The notes under the pieces: model-generated
Told to the model about the DNA's origin: nothing
Database searches by the model: none
Seen by the model: only the letters and a program-made list of their open reading frames with translations
Translations under genes and position numbers: made by a program
Part shown: positions 52,556 through 63,450 of the stretch, in pieces
Layout of the letters: every line of letters begins with the position of its first letter
Position numbering within the stretch: the stretch's first letter is position 1
Source: Gracilinanus agilis
Lineage: Eukaryota
Direction of reading: 5' to 3'
NCBI RefSeq assembly: GCF_016433145.1
Contig: NC_058132.1
Location: forward strand, 250,837,621 to 250,901,620
Length of the DNA: 64,000 nucleotides

Positions 52556-52991
52556 CAGTGATGGCAAACCTATGGCATGAGTGCCAAAGGTGACACACAG
52601 AACACTTTCTGTGGGCATGCTGGCTGCCCTCCCTGCTCCCCCACCCCTCTCCATTGTGCCTGATGACATTTTTTCACATCCACCACCCCTCTGTCCTCTC
52701 AATGGGAATACACAGGGGTAAGGGGGACAGCTCACAGGTGGCAGAGCTGGGGGGGGGTGGGGAATGGAATGCTGGTGCCATTCCCCTTCCCCCTCTCACT
52801 CTGAGGACACTCCTCTTTTTACCCACCCCTCTGCCCAGCAGCCCAATGGGAGCATTTTCTCCCTCCCTGTGTGGGGTAAGGGGAGGGGCAGGGCATGAAG
52901 TCTCTGGGGAGAGGGGTGGGCAGAGCACTTGGTCTGGGGAGTAGGGAGGGGGCAGGGGCACTCCATCTCTAAAAGGTTCCATATATCACTG
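52556..52991 (+). mobile_element. 436-bp hAT MITE (hAT1-like TIR CAGTGATGGC(G/A)AACC)
   Basis: cagtgatggcaaacct ... aggttccatatatcactg; perfect 8-bp TSD ttctagac. Confidence 0.9.
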
Positions 52992-53089
52992 TTCTAGACT
53001 AATGTGTTGAAGGCCAAACAACCAGTGGCCCTCAGATTGCACCCTAGATAGTAGGTCTTTAAAATGTCTGGTGCTTTCACTATTTGTCT

Positions 53090-53310
53090 AGACTGAGGAG
53101 CTGGGGCAGTGTATAGAGCTTTAAGTCAATGAGACCTGAGATTAAATGTAGCCTCCTACACTTACCTGCTGTGTGACTCTAAGCAAGTCACTTAGCCTTG
53201 TGTGCTTCAGTTTTCTCCTCTGTAAAATGAACTGAAGAAAATTGCAAACCACTCCAGTATCTTTGCCAAGAAAATCTCAAATGCGGTCAGGAAGAGTCAG
53301 AAAGGACTTA
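53090..53310 (+). mobile_element. MAR1 SINE with RTE-type tail
   Basis: gctgtgtgactctaagcaagtcactt...gcaaaccactccagtatctttgccaagaaaa. Confidence 0.8.
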
Positions 53311-53789
53311 ATAACAAGTGTAGTAAATATTGCAGGTATGTAGTTTGAGACTGATTTACTTATAGTTTGATATAGATGTTCTATAGTCTTATATGCTGTA
53401 TAGTGTAAAATAAACTAACATAATAAACTAAAACAATAAAAACGAACTATACTAAATACCATACTTAGTTTATCTCATTTGAGTTTTATTAAAGTCTAAT
53501 AGAGGAAAAAGGAATTAGGGGTCTGATTATAATTGGAAGACAAAAATAGAAATTAAAGCAATGTTAATGTGTTTAAAAGAAGTTCCAACCCTCGGGATGA
53601 ACCTTTTATTCTACTTGGGAACCCAAAACATTCACTTAAAATTGTTTGAAATAAAGATAGCCTATCACAAAGTGAAGAGGTCCAGAATAAAGAAGGCAAA
53701 GTAATTCAACAGAACACATTAAGAGATCTGAGGGTTCTCCTCCACACATATACTCTAAAATTAAGTGTAGCTGTTGCGAGAAGTATACA

Positions 53790-54620
53790 AACAGCCGGCT
53801 TCCCGACCTGGAGTAAAAGAGAATCCGAGGGATCCTAAACTGAAGTGGCCTCCAGGTGAGAGATGGGGAGTGACCAGAAGCAGTTCTGACAGCCAGGGGC
53901 CAGCAGCACCGAAACCGCGGGAAAAGAGGCTGGGGGCGGGGCCTCGAGGCATAGCTGCCGCCTACAGTCCCAGGCCGGGCAGGCGTCGCTGTCAGCCAGC
54001 GGGAGGAGGGGCGCTCGCGATCGAACGGACCAGGCTGGGGGGAGGGGCGAGGCGAAAGCCGGGCCAGACGCGCCTGAGGAGTTCGAAGGCAGGAGAGCCT
54101 CCCGAACTAGGCCATGCCCTCCGCACTCCAGCGGCTCCAGACCCCGACGTCCCAATGGCACCGAGATCCAGCCCGGGGCTGGAGAAGAAAAAGGACAGAC
54201 GGACAAGGGAGCGAGAAGCAAGAGTCCGGAGCTTGCCCGCTGGCGGCAGGACGCCACAGGACGCTGTAGCCGACCCCGCTCCTTTCACCCGGGACCAGCA
54301 GGGGCTTGAGTCGCCACCGCCGGTACCTCGGCATCCCATCCCCAGGGCTTCCCCGCCCCCTTCTCTCCCTAGGTAAACTTTTCCCGGGAACTTACCCGCC
54401 ATTTCCGTGCAGCAGGCAGAAGCGGCCGTGGAGAACGAATCAACCCGCGCGCTCCCTGTCCGGAAGTGAGCGCACCATCGTGACGTATATCCGCCCATTT
54501 CCGGAACGGCCGACTAGCTGGGGAGCGAGCGTTTAGAGCGCGCAACCCGCGGGCTCCTGGGGCGGTAGCGCCGGGGACTTGAGAGCATTCCTGTCTGGGA
54601 AGACAGACAGCCCATCGTTG
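53790..54620 (-). promoter_or_regulatory. HAT1: HAT1 CpG-island promoter (housekeeping type)
   Basis: Only CpG-rich stretch in the window. ETS/GABP CCGGAAGTG 54460-54468 and ATTTCCGG 54497-54504, CRE half-site GTGACGT 54480-54486, GC box CCGCCC 54491-54496, YY1-like CCGCCATTT over the ATG. Confidence 0.88.
54396..54402 (-). CDS. HAT1: HAT1 exon 1 coding part (ATG GCG G)
   Basis: Minus strand reads gcacggaaATGGCGG|gtaagt: start codon in good context, then a consensus donor, inside the CpG island. G joins GA of exon 2 to give M-A-G-F-G, the mammalian HAT1 N-terminus. Confidence 0.93.
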
Positions 54621-54899
54621 CTTAGCAACCGAAAGGGCTGACCTGCTTGTCCTCCAGAGAAGCGAAGCCGGAGGTCAAGGATCCCCAGTCCCAAAGAAGA
54701 GCTATGAATAGTCAGTTCTTCAGGAGTTTGTGAAGGATTCATTTGAATAACCCCGCCCCGTGGGGAGGCTCACTTTCAGCCTTTGGAACCTGATATTAAT
54801 GCTATTCTCTCCTGCCTCTTCCCTGGTATGGTACAGTAAAACCAAAAAGTGTACCCAGTCTTCTCCTTTAAATTTCTTCCGGTCACTATGTTTTGCATA

Positions 54900-55070
54900 T
54901 ATACATATATATAACCCAGATCAAATTGCTTACCTTCTCCAGGAAGGGGGAGGAAAGGGAGGGAGGAAATAATTTGGATCATATAACTTCGGAAAACTTA
55001 TGTGGAGAATTGTTACTATATGTAATTGGTAAAATATAATATCTTTATAAGAAAAAATAAGTGAATAAAT
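54900..55070 (+). mobile_element. L1 3'UTR tip just upstream of the promoter
   Basis: tataacccagatcaaattgctt...atgtaattggtaaaat, same motif as 31315-31435. Confidence 0.75.
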
Positions 55071-55844
55071 AAGTTTTTTCTTGTAAGCTTCAAAGAACAT
55101 GCTTTTATTTGGGCATTTTTACAGCAAATAGTAAATAAGTCCCTAAGTTAGTACTAGTACTGTAAGTAATGTGGTTTTTCTCCATAATTTCACTTTCAGG
55201 TCACCAAGAAAGCTAAATGCATTGAAGTAATGAATTCCTGGGTAGTCATCTAAGTCAGCAAACAATTTTTAAGCTCCTACTTTGTGTCAGGCACAATTTA
55301 TCTAAAATACAACTTGTAGGACTTTGGGTTGTATGACTCTAAATGGCTTGTGCTACAAAGTAGGTAAGATGGTGGCTGATTTTGACCCTTATGCTTATTA
55401 ATATTTAGTAGTCTACTCTCTAGAAGCATGAAACTCATTTAAGAATCCCTAAATATTGTTTACACAGAAATGACACCTGTCAACAAAAATTGATGTTTCA
55501 AAGTCATACATGAACTACAGATGACTTTTAAGGACCAAGATGAGGAAATTGGGAAAGGAGTAAAAGAAAAGGAAAGATCCTTTAACTCCTGCACTCCCAT
55601 TTGACCTTGATAAGAATTCTAAAACTTTGAGAGAAGCTGTGAGAATGACCAAAACCAGAATAAAAGAACCATTATTTGAGTCTTCTTGCCATTGAAATTA
55701 TATTTCTGCTTATCTTTGATGTCATTAAATTAAAAACTGATAATAATCTACCACAAACCCCATCACCCTGTTTGACTCTTGTTAATATTCTTCCATAGCT
55801 CCACCATTAATCTACCTGATATGCTGGGAAGCCCTTCTCTTGGA

Positions 55845-56034
55845 CCTGCGTTCTTAACTTCCAGTCTGTAAAGTTTTTCAAAACTTTATTTTAATAGTGA
55901 CTTCAATATAATTGGTTTCTTTTGTAATTGTATATATTTTATATATTTAAAAATATTATCCTGGAAAGGGGACCATAGACTTCACCAGACTGCCAGAGGG
56001 ATTCCATGACACACAAAAAGATTAAGAACCCTTG
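55845..56034. mobile_element. Ancient hAT-Charlie-type MITE
   Basis: Degenerate TIRs (gttcttaac / attaagaacccttg); internal ccatagacttcaccagactgccagaggg. Confidence 0.7.
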
Positions 56035-56040
56035 TTCTAG

Positions 56041-56246
56041 GGAGCAGCTGGGTAGCTCAGTGGATTGAGAGCCAGGCCTAGAGACCAGAAGTCCTAGGTT
56101 CAAATGTGACCTCAGACACTTACTAGCTGTGTGACCCTGGGCAAGTCACTTGACCCCCATTGCCTACCCGTACCACTCTTCTGCCTTGGAGCCAATTGAC
56201 TCCAAGATGGAAGGTAAGGGCTTAAAAAAAAAAAAAGAAGAAGAAG
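56041..56246 (+). mobile_element. SINE1_Mdo-like SINE
   Basis: 17-bp TSD aagaacccttgttctag (56024-56040 and 56247-56263). Confidence 0.93.
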
Positions 56247-56937
56247 AAGAACCCTTGTTCTAGGTATTTTTACAAATTGTAACTTATTAATTGATGTTAT
56301 CCCTTGCTTATACTACACGATCAGCCTACCTCCTTTTCTGAGCTTGCATTTCTGGAATAACATTTCTTATAGAGCAAATAACCCTGGACTCATGTTCAAA
56401 GGACTTAGATTCAAAACCCAGCTCTGTTACTTGCTGTGTGACCTTTTGCAAGTTAATCTCTATGAGCTTAGGTTTCTTCATCTCTAAAATGAGAGCTCTG
56501 ACCTCTACAGTCCCTTCTGGCTCTAAATTTATAGTTTTGTTCTCTATGATTTTATACATAAGGCACCATGAGTCAAAAAAGATGAGGGTGATATCATTAA
56601 TATATAAGCAAAATTTGACCCTTATAAAAGAATTTTATCTTCTCTCTAAAGGCAAAACTCAAAAAAAATACCAACATTGTAGTTTTGATAAAAGCACAAC
56701 TTGCCAATTTTTAGCTTTATATGTAAGAAATCATTAAAAGGAATTAGTATTCTTCATTGTACTAAATCTTAAAACATATTACCAATACTTTGAAGTTAGG
56801 GTTTTTGGGAATAAATAATAAATATTGGTAGCAGCAGCCATCATTTATATAATTTCAAAGGTAGTGTTTTCATTAGAATATGTGAGTTAGGTAGGTAGCA
56901 TATCATCATCACTATGTTGCTGCCCTGCTCTATATAT

Positions 56938-57210
56938 CCATGATGGCAAGCCTATGGTACACATGCCAAAAAGGATATGTAGAGCTCTTTCTGTGGGTAT
57001 GCCTGCAGTTGCCCACCAGAGTTTGTTACTAGAAAGCCAGAAGGAATCTTCTACTGGTGGAGCTATTCCCCTCCCCCTCTCCATGCACCTGAGGACATTT
57101 CTCACTTCACCTGACCTTCTGCCCAGCGGCTCAATGGAAACAATTCTTCCCTCCTCTGTCTAGGGTAGGGCTCTGAGGGCTTGGGGGGTGGTTCACGTGT
57201 TGCATGAGGG
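56938..57210 (+). mobile_element. hAT MITE, 3'-truncated copy of the 52556 family
   Basis: ccatgatggcaagcctatgg...ctttctgtgggtatgc...cctgaggacatttctc...ctgcccagcggctcaatgg; right TIR not found. Confidence 0.75.
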
Positions 57211-57559
57211 TTCCTTTCTTTCCCTTCAGGTATTTAAAGGGAATTTGGAGCCATGTGACTTCTTTCTTGAAGCTGGAATCTAGAAAACAAGAATCTCTTC
57301 TTTAACTCTTCCTAATTCTGCCCTTCATATAGGCAAGGAACATTGAGTAATCAATCTCTACCAATGAGGAGAATCCAATACAAATGAGTTCCAAGGCTTG
57401 GGTTACATACATATGGGTTTTTATTTTATCATTAATCTCCTTAAGATATAAACCCAGGTGGGGAATCTCTGCACCAAAAAGTATGAACAATTTAGGTGAA
57501 GTTTTTCTTATATAATTCCAACTTTACCCCTTTTCTATATGAAACTCCATTAAATATGT

Positions 57560-57860
57560 GAAAGCCTAAATCACCCTTTAATTTTCTTCTGTAAGCTAAA
57601 CATTCCTTCTTCCTTTAGTTGTTCCTTCTCCTCTCTAAATATTCCCATTTCCTTTAGTTGATCCTTCTGTTGAGTTGGTTTCCAAGCCTTTGCCATTCTG
57701 GTTGTCCTCTGGAAAACACTAATATTTTAAAATTTCTCCTTACCCAAACTAGAAAATATATCAGCAGCCTGTTACTTTTATTATCTAAATACTATCCTAT
57801 TACTGCAACGTAAGATCATTTTAGGATTTTTAAGCAGCCATACTGCATTGTTGACCCAGT
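57560..57860 (-). mobile_element. CR1/L3 LINE 3' remnant
   Basis: gctaaacattcc...tttccaagcctttgccattctggttgtcctctgg...gcagccatactgcattgttgacc resembles the reverse L3 3' end. Confidence 0.6.
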
Positions 57861-58545
57861 GTCTAGTACTTAATAAAAGTATAATTAGCTTGATAGAGAA
57901 CTTATTCAAATTGCTTTATGTACAGAATACTTACACTCACTACCTGAAGTTGACTCCTTAAATCTGTGGTCTCTGAAGTAAGAACCATGGTGTAACCCAA
58001 AAGATACCTCATCTACCAAATGGAGAGTATTAAAATGGGTTATAACTCACTCTCACCACAATAGTGATACTGGGGCTTCTTTCCAACATAACCACATAAA
58101 ACCGTCAAGCATTACCTCTGAATATTCTCATTCAGTCCTTCTTCCACAAGTGTTCAAAGCTCTTAACATCTTCCCTTTTCCCTGGTATGGTCTCCATAAA
58201 GGCTATAATAACAAAGCCTCCACCACATTACCCACAAGAGTAGCTGCAGAGATGCCATTGGGAAAATTTCTTTCCTGCTCCCCACACATACTTTCATTCT
58301 GCCCCCATATGAACTAGTGATTGTGGTAAGTTCTGAGGTGGTTCCTGATGTAAAAAAACCACAACAACAACAACAAAAACTCCCCTCTCCCAACATCTAC
58401 ATCCTTTTTGTTTTCAGTCAGTCAAGTTCATCACAGGATGAACAAGCATAGATGAGTAATAATCTTTATTACATGTATCATTGCATCAACTTTTCCTTCA
58501 AACCTACTCCTCTTCCAAACTTCCCTGCTATTATTATTAATTTGA

Positions 58546-59460
58546 AAAAAACCTTTATCTTCCATCTTAGAATCAATAGTGTGTATCAGTTTTCAGGAAG
58601 AAGAGTGGTAAGAGATAGGCAATGGGAATTAGGTGATTTGCCCAGGATCATATAGTAGGAAGTGTCTGAGGCCAAATTTAAACCCTGGACCTCCCATCTT
58701 TAGGGCTGACTCTGTAGCCACTGTGATAATTAGATTAAATCCACACTGCCCATCTTTAGATTTAATCACCAAAGGTGAAAACATCTCCATTTTTGGGTGG
58801 TCTGTAACCCACATGTGCTAGAGTAACAAATCAGAATTTACTGACTGCCTCTTGGGTAGTCCTAAGAAAAATGTCTATTGTAATTGGACACATAAACTGA
58901 GAGGCAGCCACAAGAAGTGAAGCAAAAGAGGCCCCTTTAAAAAGAGGCATCTTTAAAAAGAGACTTGAGTCAGCTGGACTCATTCTTCTGGTTCTTGCTT
59001 GGATGTGGTGGAGCACTGGACCTGGGACTCTGAGAACCTGGTAAGACTGCTCTTAAATCTCTCTCTTAGAACTACACGTGGTGAGTGAAGAAGGCTGACT
59101 CCTTTAACCTCCCAGGAGGTACTAGCCTCCGGGAGGCTCCCTTGATTGAGAGAAGCCCTTGTGGCTAAACCCCTTGTTAATTGATTTTTAGATTCTGGTT
59201 GGACCTCTGGAGCCCTGCCTGAGTAAAGCCCAGATTGAATACAAATCTCTTATTCTACCCTCTTCTCACCCTCTTCTCATCTCTTTACTTCCACTCTCTC
59301 CTATATATTTGTAAATAAACTTCCATAAAAGTCATTTTAACCTGAGGTTATTCTTAATTGGGGATTGATAATTGTTCAATCCCCTGGCAACCAACCTTTT
59401 AATATTTACCCAATAAAACCCCTTTTCATCCCTTATACCACTGAGCCACCTACCTGCCCC
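58546..59460 (-). mobile_element. SINE1_Mdo-related SINE split by an LTR (58546-58721 plus 59438-59460)
   Basis: The two halves rejoin as ...gccac|tgagccacctacctgcccc once the LTR is removed. Confidence 0.85.
58722..59437 (+). mobile_element. ERV solo LTR (716 bp), 4-bp TSD ccac
   Basis: Starts tgtgat, ends cccttata (decayed CA); aataaa near 59315; typical ccctggcaaccaacc...aaccccttttc end. Confidence 0.85.
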
Positions 59461-59663
59461 CATTTCCTTATTATTTTTGAGGGGATTGTCATTCTTCTAG
59501 ACACCCAACTTTACAACCTCATTGTCACCCTAGACTCCTCACCCACCCCACATATCCATTTGGTTATCTCCCATAACATCTCCATCTTTTCCTTTTCTTT
59601 CCTCCAAGGACCATAACAGCAGTCAGGATGTCATTACTCCTTCCCTTGACTACTGCAATGACT

Positions 59664-59816
59664 TAAAAAAATTTTTTTTAATTTAGAATATTATTCCATG
59701 GTTCCATGATTCATGATTTCCTCCCCCTTCCCTCGCCCCTCCTGGAGCTGACAAGCAATTCCACTGGGTTATACCTGTATCATTGTTCAAAACCTATTTC
59801 CATGTTCTTCATATTT
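59664..59816 (-). mobile_element. Short L1 3'UTR insertion
   Basis: Reverse L1 3' tip between copies 1 and 2 of ctgcaatgact. Confidence 0.75.
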
Positions 59817-59829
59817 TACTGCAATGACT

Positions 59830-59990
59830 GTTTTTTTTAGACCCTTACCTTCTGTCTTGGAGTCAATATTGTGTATTGGCTCCAAGGCAGAAGAGTGATA
59901 AGGGCTAGGCAATGGAGGTTAAGTGACTTGCCCAGGGTCACACGGCTAGGAAGTATCTGAGGCCAGATTTGAACCTAAGACCTCCTGTCT
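59830..59990 (-). mobile_element. 5'-truncated SINE1_Mdo-like SINE
   Basis: Tail and core present, head missing; between copies 2 and 3 of ctgcaatgact. Confidence 0.88.
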
Positions 59991-60001
59991 CTGCAATGAC
60001 T

Positions 60002-60772
60002 TTTTTTTAAAGTCATTTATTAATATTCATTTTTAACATGGTTACATGATTCAAGCTCCTACTTTCCCCTTCACCCCCCGCTGTTCCCCCACCCATAGCC
60101 GACGTACATTTCCACTGGTTTTAACATGTGTCCTTGTTCAAGACCTATTTCCAAATTGTTGATATTTGCATTGGTGTGGTAGTTTCGAGTCCACATCCCC
60201 AATCATGTCCTCCTCAGCCCATGCGTTCAAGCATTTGTTTTTCTTATATGTTTCCTCTCCTGTAGTTCTTCCTCTGAATGTGGGTAGCATCTTTACCATA
60301 AATCCCTCAGAGCTGTCCTGTGTCATTGCTTTCTGCTAGTACAGAAGTCCATTGTATTCGAATTTTACCATAGTATATCAGTCTCTGTGTACAGTGTTCT
60401 GGCTCTGCTCCTATGGCTCTGCATCAGTTCCGGGAGGTCTTTCCAGTTCACACGGAATTCCTCCAGTTTATTATTCCTTTGAGCACAATAGTATTCCACC
60501 ACCAGCATATACCACAATTTGTTCAGCCATTCCCCAATTGAAGGACATACCCTCCTTTTCTAGTTCTTTGCCACCACAAAAAGCACAGCTATAAATGTTT
60601 TTGTACAAGTCTGTTTATCTATGATCTCTTTGGGGTACAAACCCAACAATGGTATGGCTGGCTCAAAGGGCAGGCATTCTTTTATAGCCCTTTGAGCATA
60701 GTTCCAAATTGCCAGCCAGAATGGTTGGATCAGTTCACAACTCCACCAGCAATGCATTAATGTACCAATTTT
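60002..60772 (-). mobile_element. Relatively young 5'-truncated L1 (ORF2 C-terminus and 3'UTR)
   Basis: ORF 60560..60778 (GTLMHCWWSCELIQPFWLAIWNYAQRAIKECLPFEPAIPLLGLYPKEI) is the L1 ORF2p C-terminus; several CpGs retained. Confidence 0.9.
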
Positions 60773-61565
60773 CTGCAATAACTTTTTAATGATTCTCCCT
60801 GTCTAGTTTCTCCCCTTTCCTATCCATCCTTCACACAGTTGCCAATGATTTTCTTGAAGCCAAGGTCTGACCATGACAGTCCCCTATGCAATAAATTCCA
60901 ATGATTCCTTATTTCTTCTAGGACCAATTGTTATTTCATCTTTATCTTATCCTTTTTCATCTCTATTTTTGCATATTTTATGATATATATTATTATTATT
61001 ATTATTGGTAGAAGCATGAGATAAAAAATTTAGAAACTAATACTTTACAAAATGCTGACTAACATCTGTGGTGGATATATTCTCCTATATAAGACAGAAA
61101 ATGTTGAGGGAAATAAAAAATGACTACTAAGTAGCTCAACTAGATTCAGTCTTCCTTGGTTTTTATGTAATATTAATAAAATAATTTACAGAGATATGAG
61201 AAGACCTCAATATCTTCCTCCATCCCCCCCAACCCCTCCTTTTTGGCTCTGGATCTATAATTTTGTTGGCATGGAGAACTCCTGATATGAGTAAACTCCC
61301 TTTACTAATGAAGTTAAGCAACTAGTCTTCAAATTTCAATCTTAAAGAATTCCTTAATTTAGGGAAAAATAAAGAAGGCATAGCATATATTATATTTTTG
61401 TTTTTTAGGTTGTAATAATGGAAACTGGGTAAAGGGATACACTACAGCTGTCTGGCTAAAGACCCTCTCTTAAAAACTGGGTGGAAAAATAGTCCTGTGA
61501 GAAGTTGGTACACTACCTATTAAGTAGGATAAAGAAATGCCTATGTGGTATAATCTGAGAGATGT

Positions 61566-61756
61566 CAGAGGTGTGCTGGTAAATGTTTAACAACTGTCTC
61601 TTCAGGAAAAAGTATAAGTACAGCACACTTTTAGTTTAATCTGCATTATTAACATTTTCTCCATCATGTAAATCTAGACAATCAACACAACAGCAAATCA
61701 AGTATTTATCTATCAGTCCTTTGGAGCCAGTTCCTGATGGTTTCAGAATACCACTT
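61566..61756. mobile_element. hAT-Tip100 (Arthur-like) non-autonomous element
   Basis: cagaggtgtgctggtaaatgtttaacaac...tttaatctgcattattaacattttctccatc...tctagacaatcaac. Confidence 0.7.
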
Positions 61757-62393
61757 GAATGCACTCTTTATGTGTGTTTTTCCTAGTGTCAGCACAAGGG
61801 GCCATAGCCAGTGTATTCTACACAAGCATCCATTAATTTGTAATTGATGAAACTATCATCCAGAAAAGATTGGTTGATAGAACTAATGAATATTTTTTAA
61901 AAAGTGAAGGTAGTACCAGATCAACTTTGGGAGTTGAGAGGTGGCAGATTTAATCAAAGAAGAGATAGAACAAGAAACAAGTGAGTTGTCAGACTTCTCT
62001 ACTCTGTCTCAGTTGTTCAGAGCAGATTCAAGGAGATGCCTGGGATGTAATTTAGACTGAACCTCAGGGAGCAAGAAACCAATAGAGACCCTGACTTCTT
62101 TAGATTAATAAAAGAGTGGAAAGAAGTCTGACATAGTTAAGGTAGAGCCAAAGAGAGAAAACTACCATTTCAGATAGAAAGTAATTTTAGAATTGAACTA
62201 GATAAGTGGGAGGGATACGCCCAATTCCTGCCCCACCCCACCCCCATTCTAGATACCTTCATCTCAGTAAAACTTTGTCTTATGCTGTATTCAATAGCTT
62301 CTTGTTATATCTATACAATTATTAGTATTTGCCAGAGATCCAAACAAAAACTAGTGAGCATATCTGTACTTAAGAATTCACATTGTATAAAAC

Positions 62394-62601
62394 CAAGGGT
62401 GTGTTGGAGTTACCTGATACTTTCAAGAACTGATCTTTAAATATTTAATGCAAGCATTTACACCTCAGAAACTGGCAACTGCTACAAATCTAAGCTTGAT
62501 TTATTACTTTTTTAATTGTCTAGACTTAAGAAAGCGATGTTAATACTGTAGATTCAACTTAACAAAGGGTCAGTTGTTAAATATTTCCCAGCACATTCCT
62601 A
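62394..62601. mobile_element. Second Arthur-like element, opposite orientation
   Basis: caagggtgtgttggag...ccagcacattccta; TSD tataaaac/tataaatc. Confidence 0.72.
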
Positions 62602-62910
62602 TATAAATCCTTTATATCCTATCCTTTTTCTTAAACTCTAGCCTCATGTTACCTACTGTCTGTTGGACATCTCAAACTCAACATGTCCAAAATAGAACTC
62701 ATTATCTTTCCCTACTCCCAGAATCCTCTCGTTCCAATTTCCCTATTACAGTTGAAGGCACCATCATCATCCCAAGTCATCTAGGCTCAGAACTTGGGTG
62801 TAATCTTTATCTTTACACTCCCTAGATATCCAATTTGTTGCCAGGTCTTCCTGTATATAACTCCTTCTCTCCTTATATAGCTGCCACCCTAACATAAAAC
62901 CTTATCACCT

Positions 62911-63382
62911 TGAGAGGAACAGCCATTCTCATGAGAATGGTCACTCAGAGGTCAGTGTTACAGCCAAGAGCAAGTGCAAAACTAGCTTACAATCCTTTCT
63001 TTTATCCTGGTCCCAGACACAGGAATGGTCATCCTCTCATTCACCATTCACTGGCTAATTGATGAAAACTAACCAATCAAAACACACAATTCATGCACTT
63101 AGTTATCCTAATTATTCAAGTGAGTTGTCCAATCAGAACAGGGGTTTTTTTTTCAATCCTATCTATTTGCATTCACCTATAGCCCTTTAACCAATCAGAA
63201 CAAGGATTGTCTCAGTTCTAGTTCAGTCATATCTTTCTAAATATCCTGTAGCCCTTCAACCAATCAAAAGATGTAAAGATTTTATTCTGCCTTGTTAGGG
63301 AAACAAAAGCCTGGCTTGCTTATTTCTGTTAGCCAGGTGTATATTAGCCTGAGGGAAATCCATGTTATCTTTAATCCTCACA
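62911..63382 (-). mobile_element. ERV LTR (472 bp, probably truncated)
   Basis: TG...CA ends, approximate TSD acct/atct, four ccaatca repeats, 18-bp palindrome ccattctcatgagaatgg. Confidence 0.65.
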
Positions 63383-63450
63383 ATCTCAAGGTTCAATAGT
63401 CTGCTATTGGGTCTCTATGTTTCAAGACTCTACTAGAGTCCCTGTTATCT

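Noticed and set aside
53761-54742. Long overlapping ORFs (200, 168 and 140 aa) in the CpG island
   Set aside because: Expected from stop-codon depletion in GC-rich DNA; low-complexity Gly/Arg/Pro translations with no recognisable domain. Only ATG GCG G belongs to HAT1.
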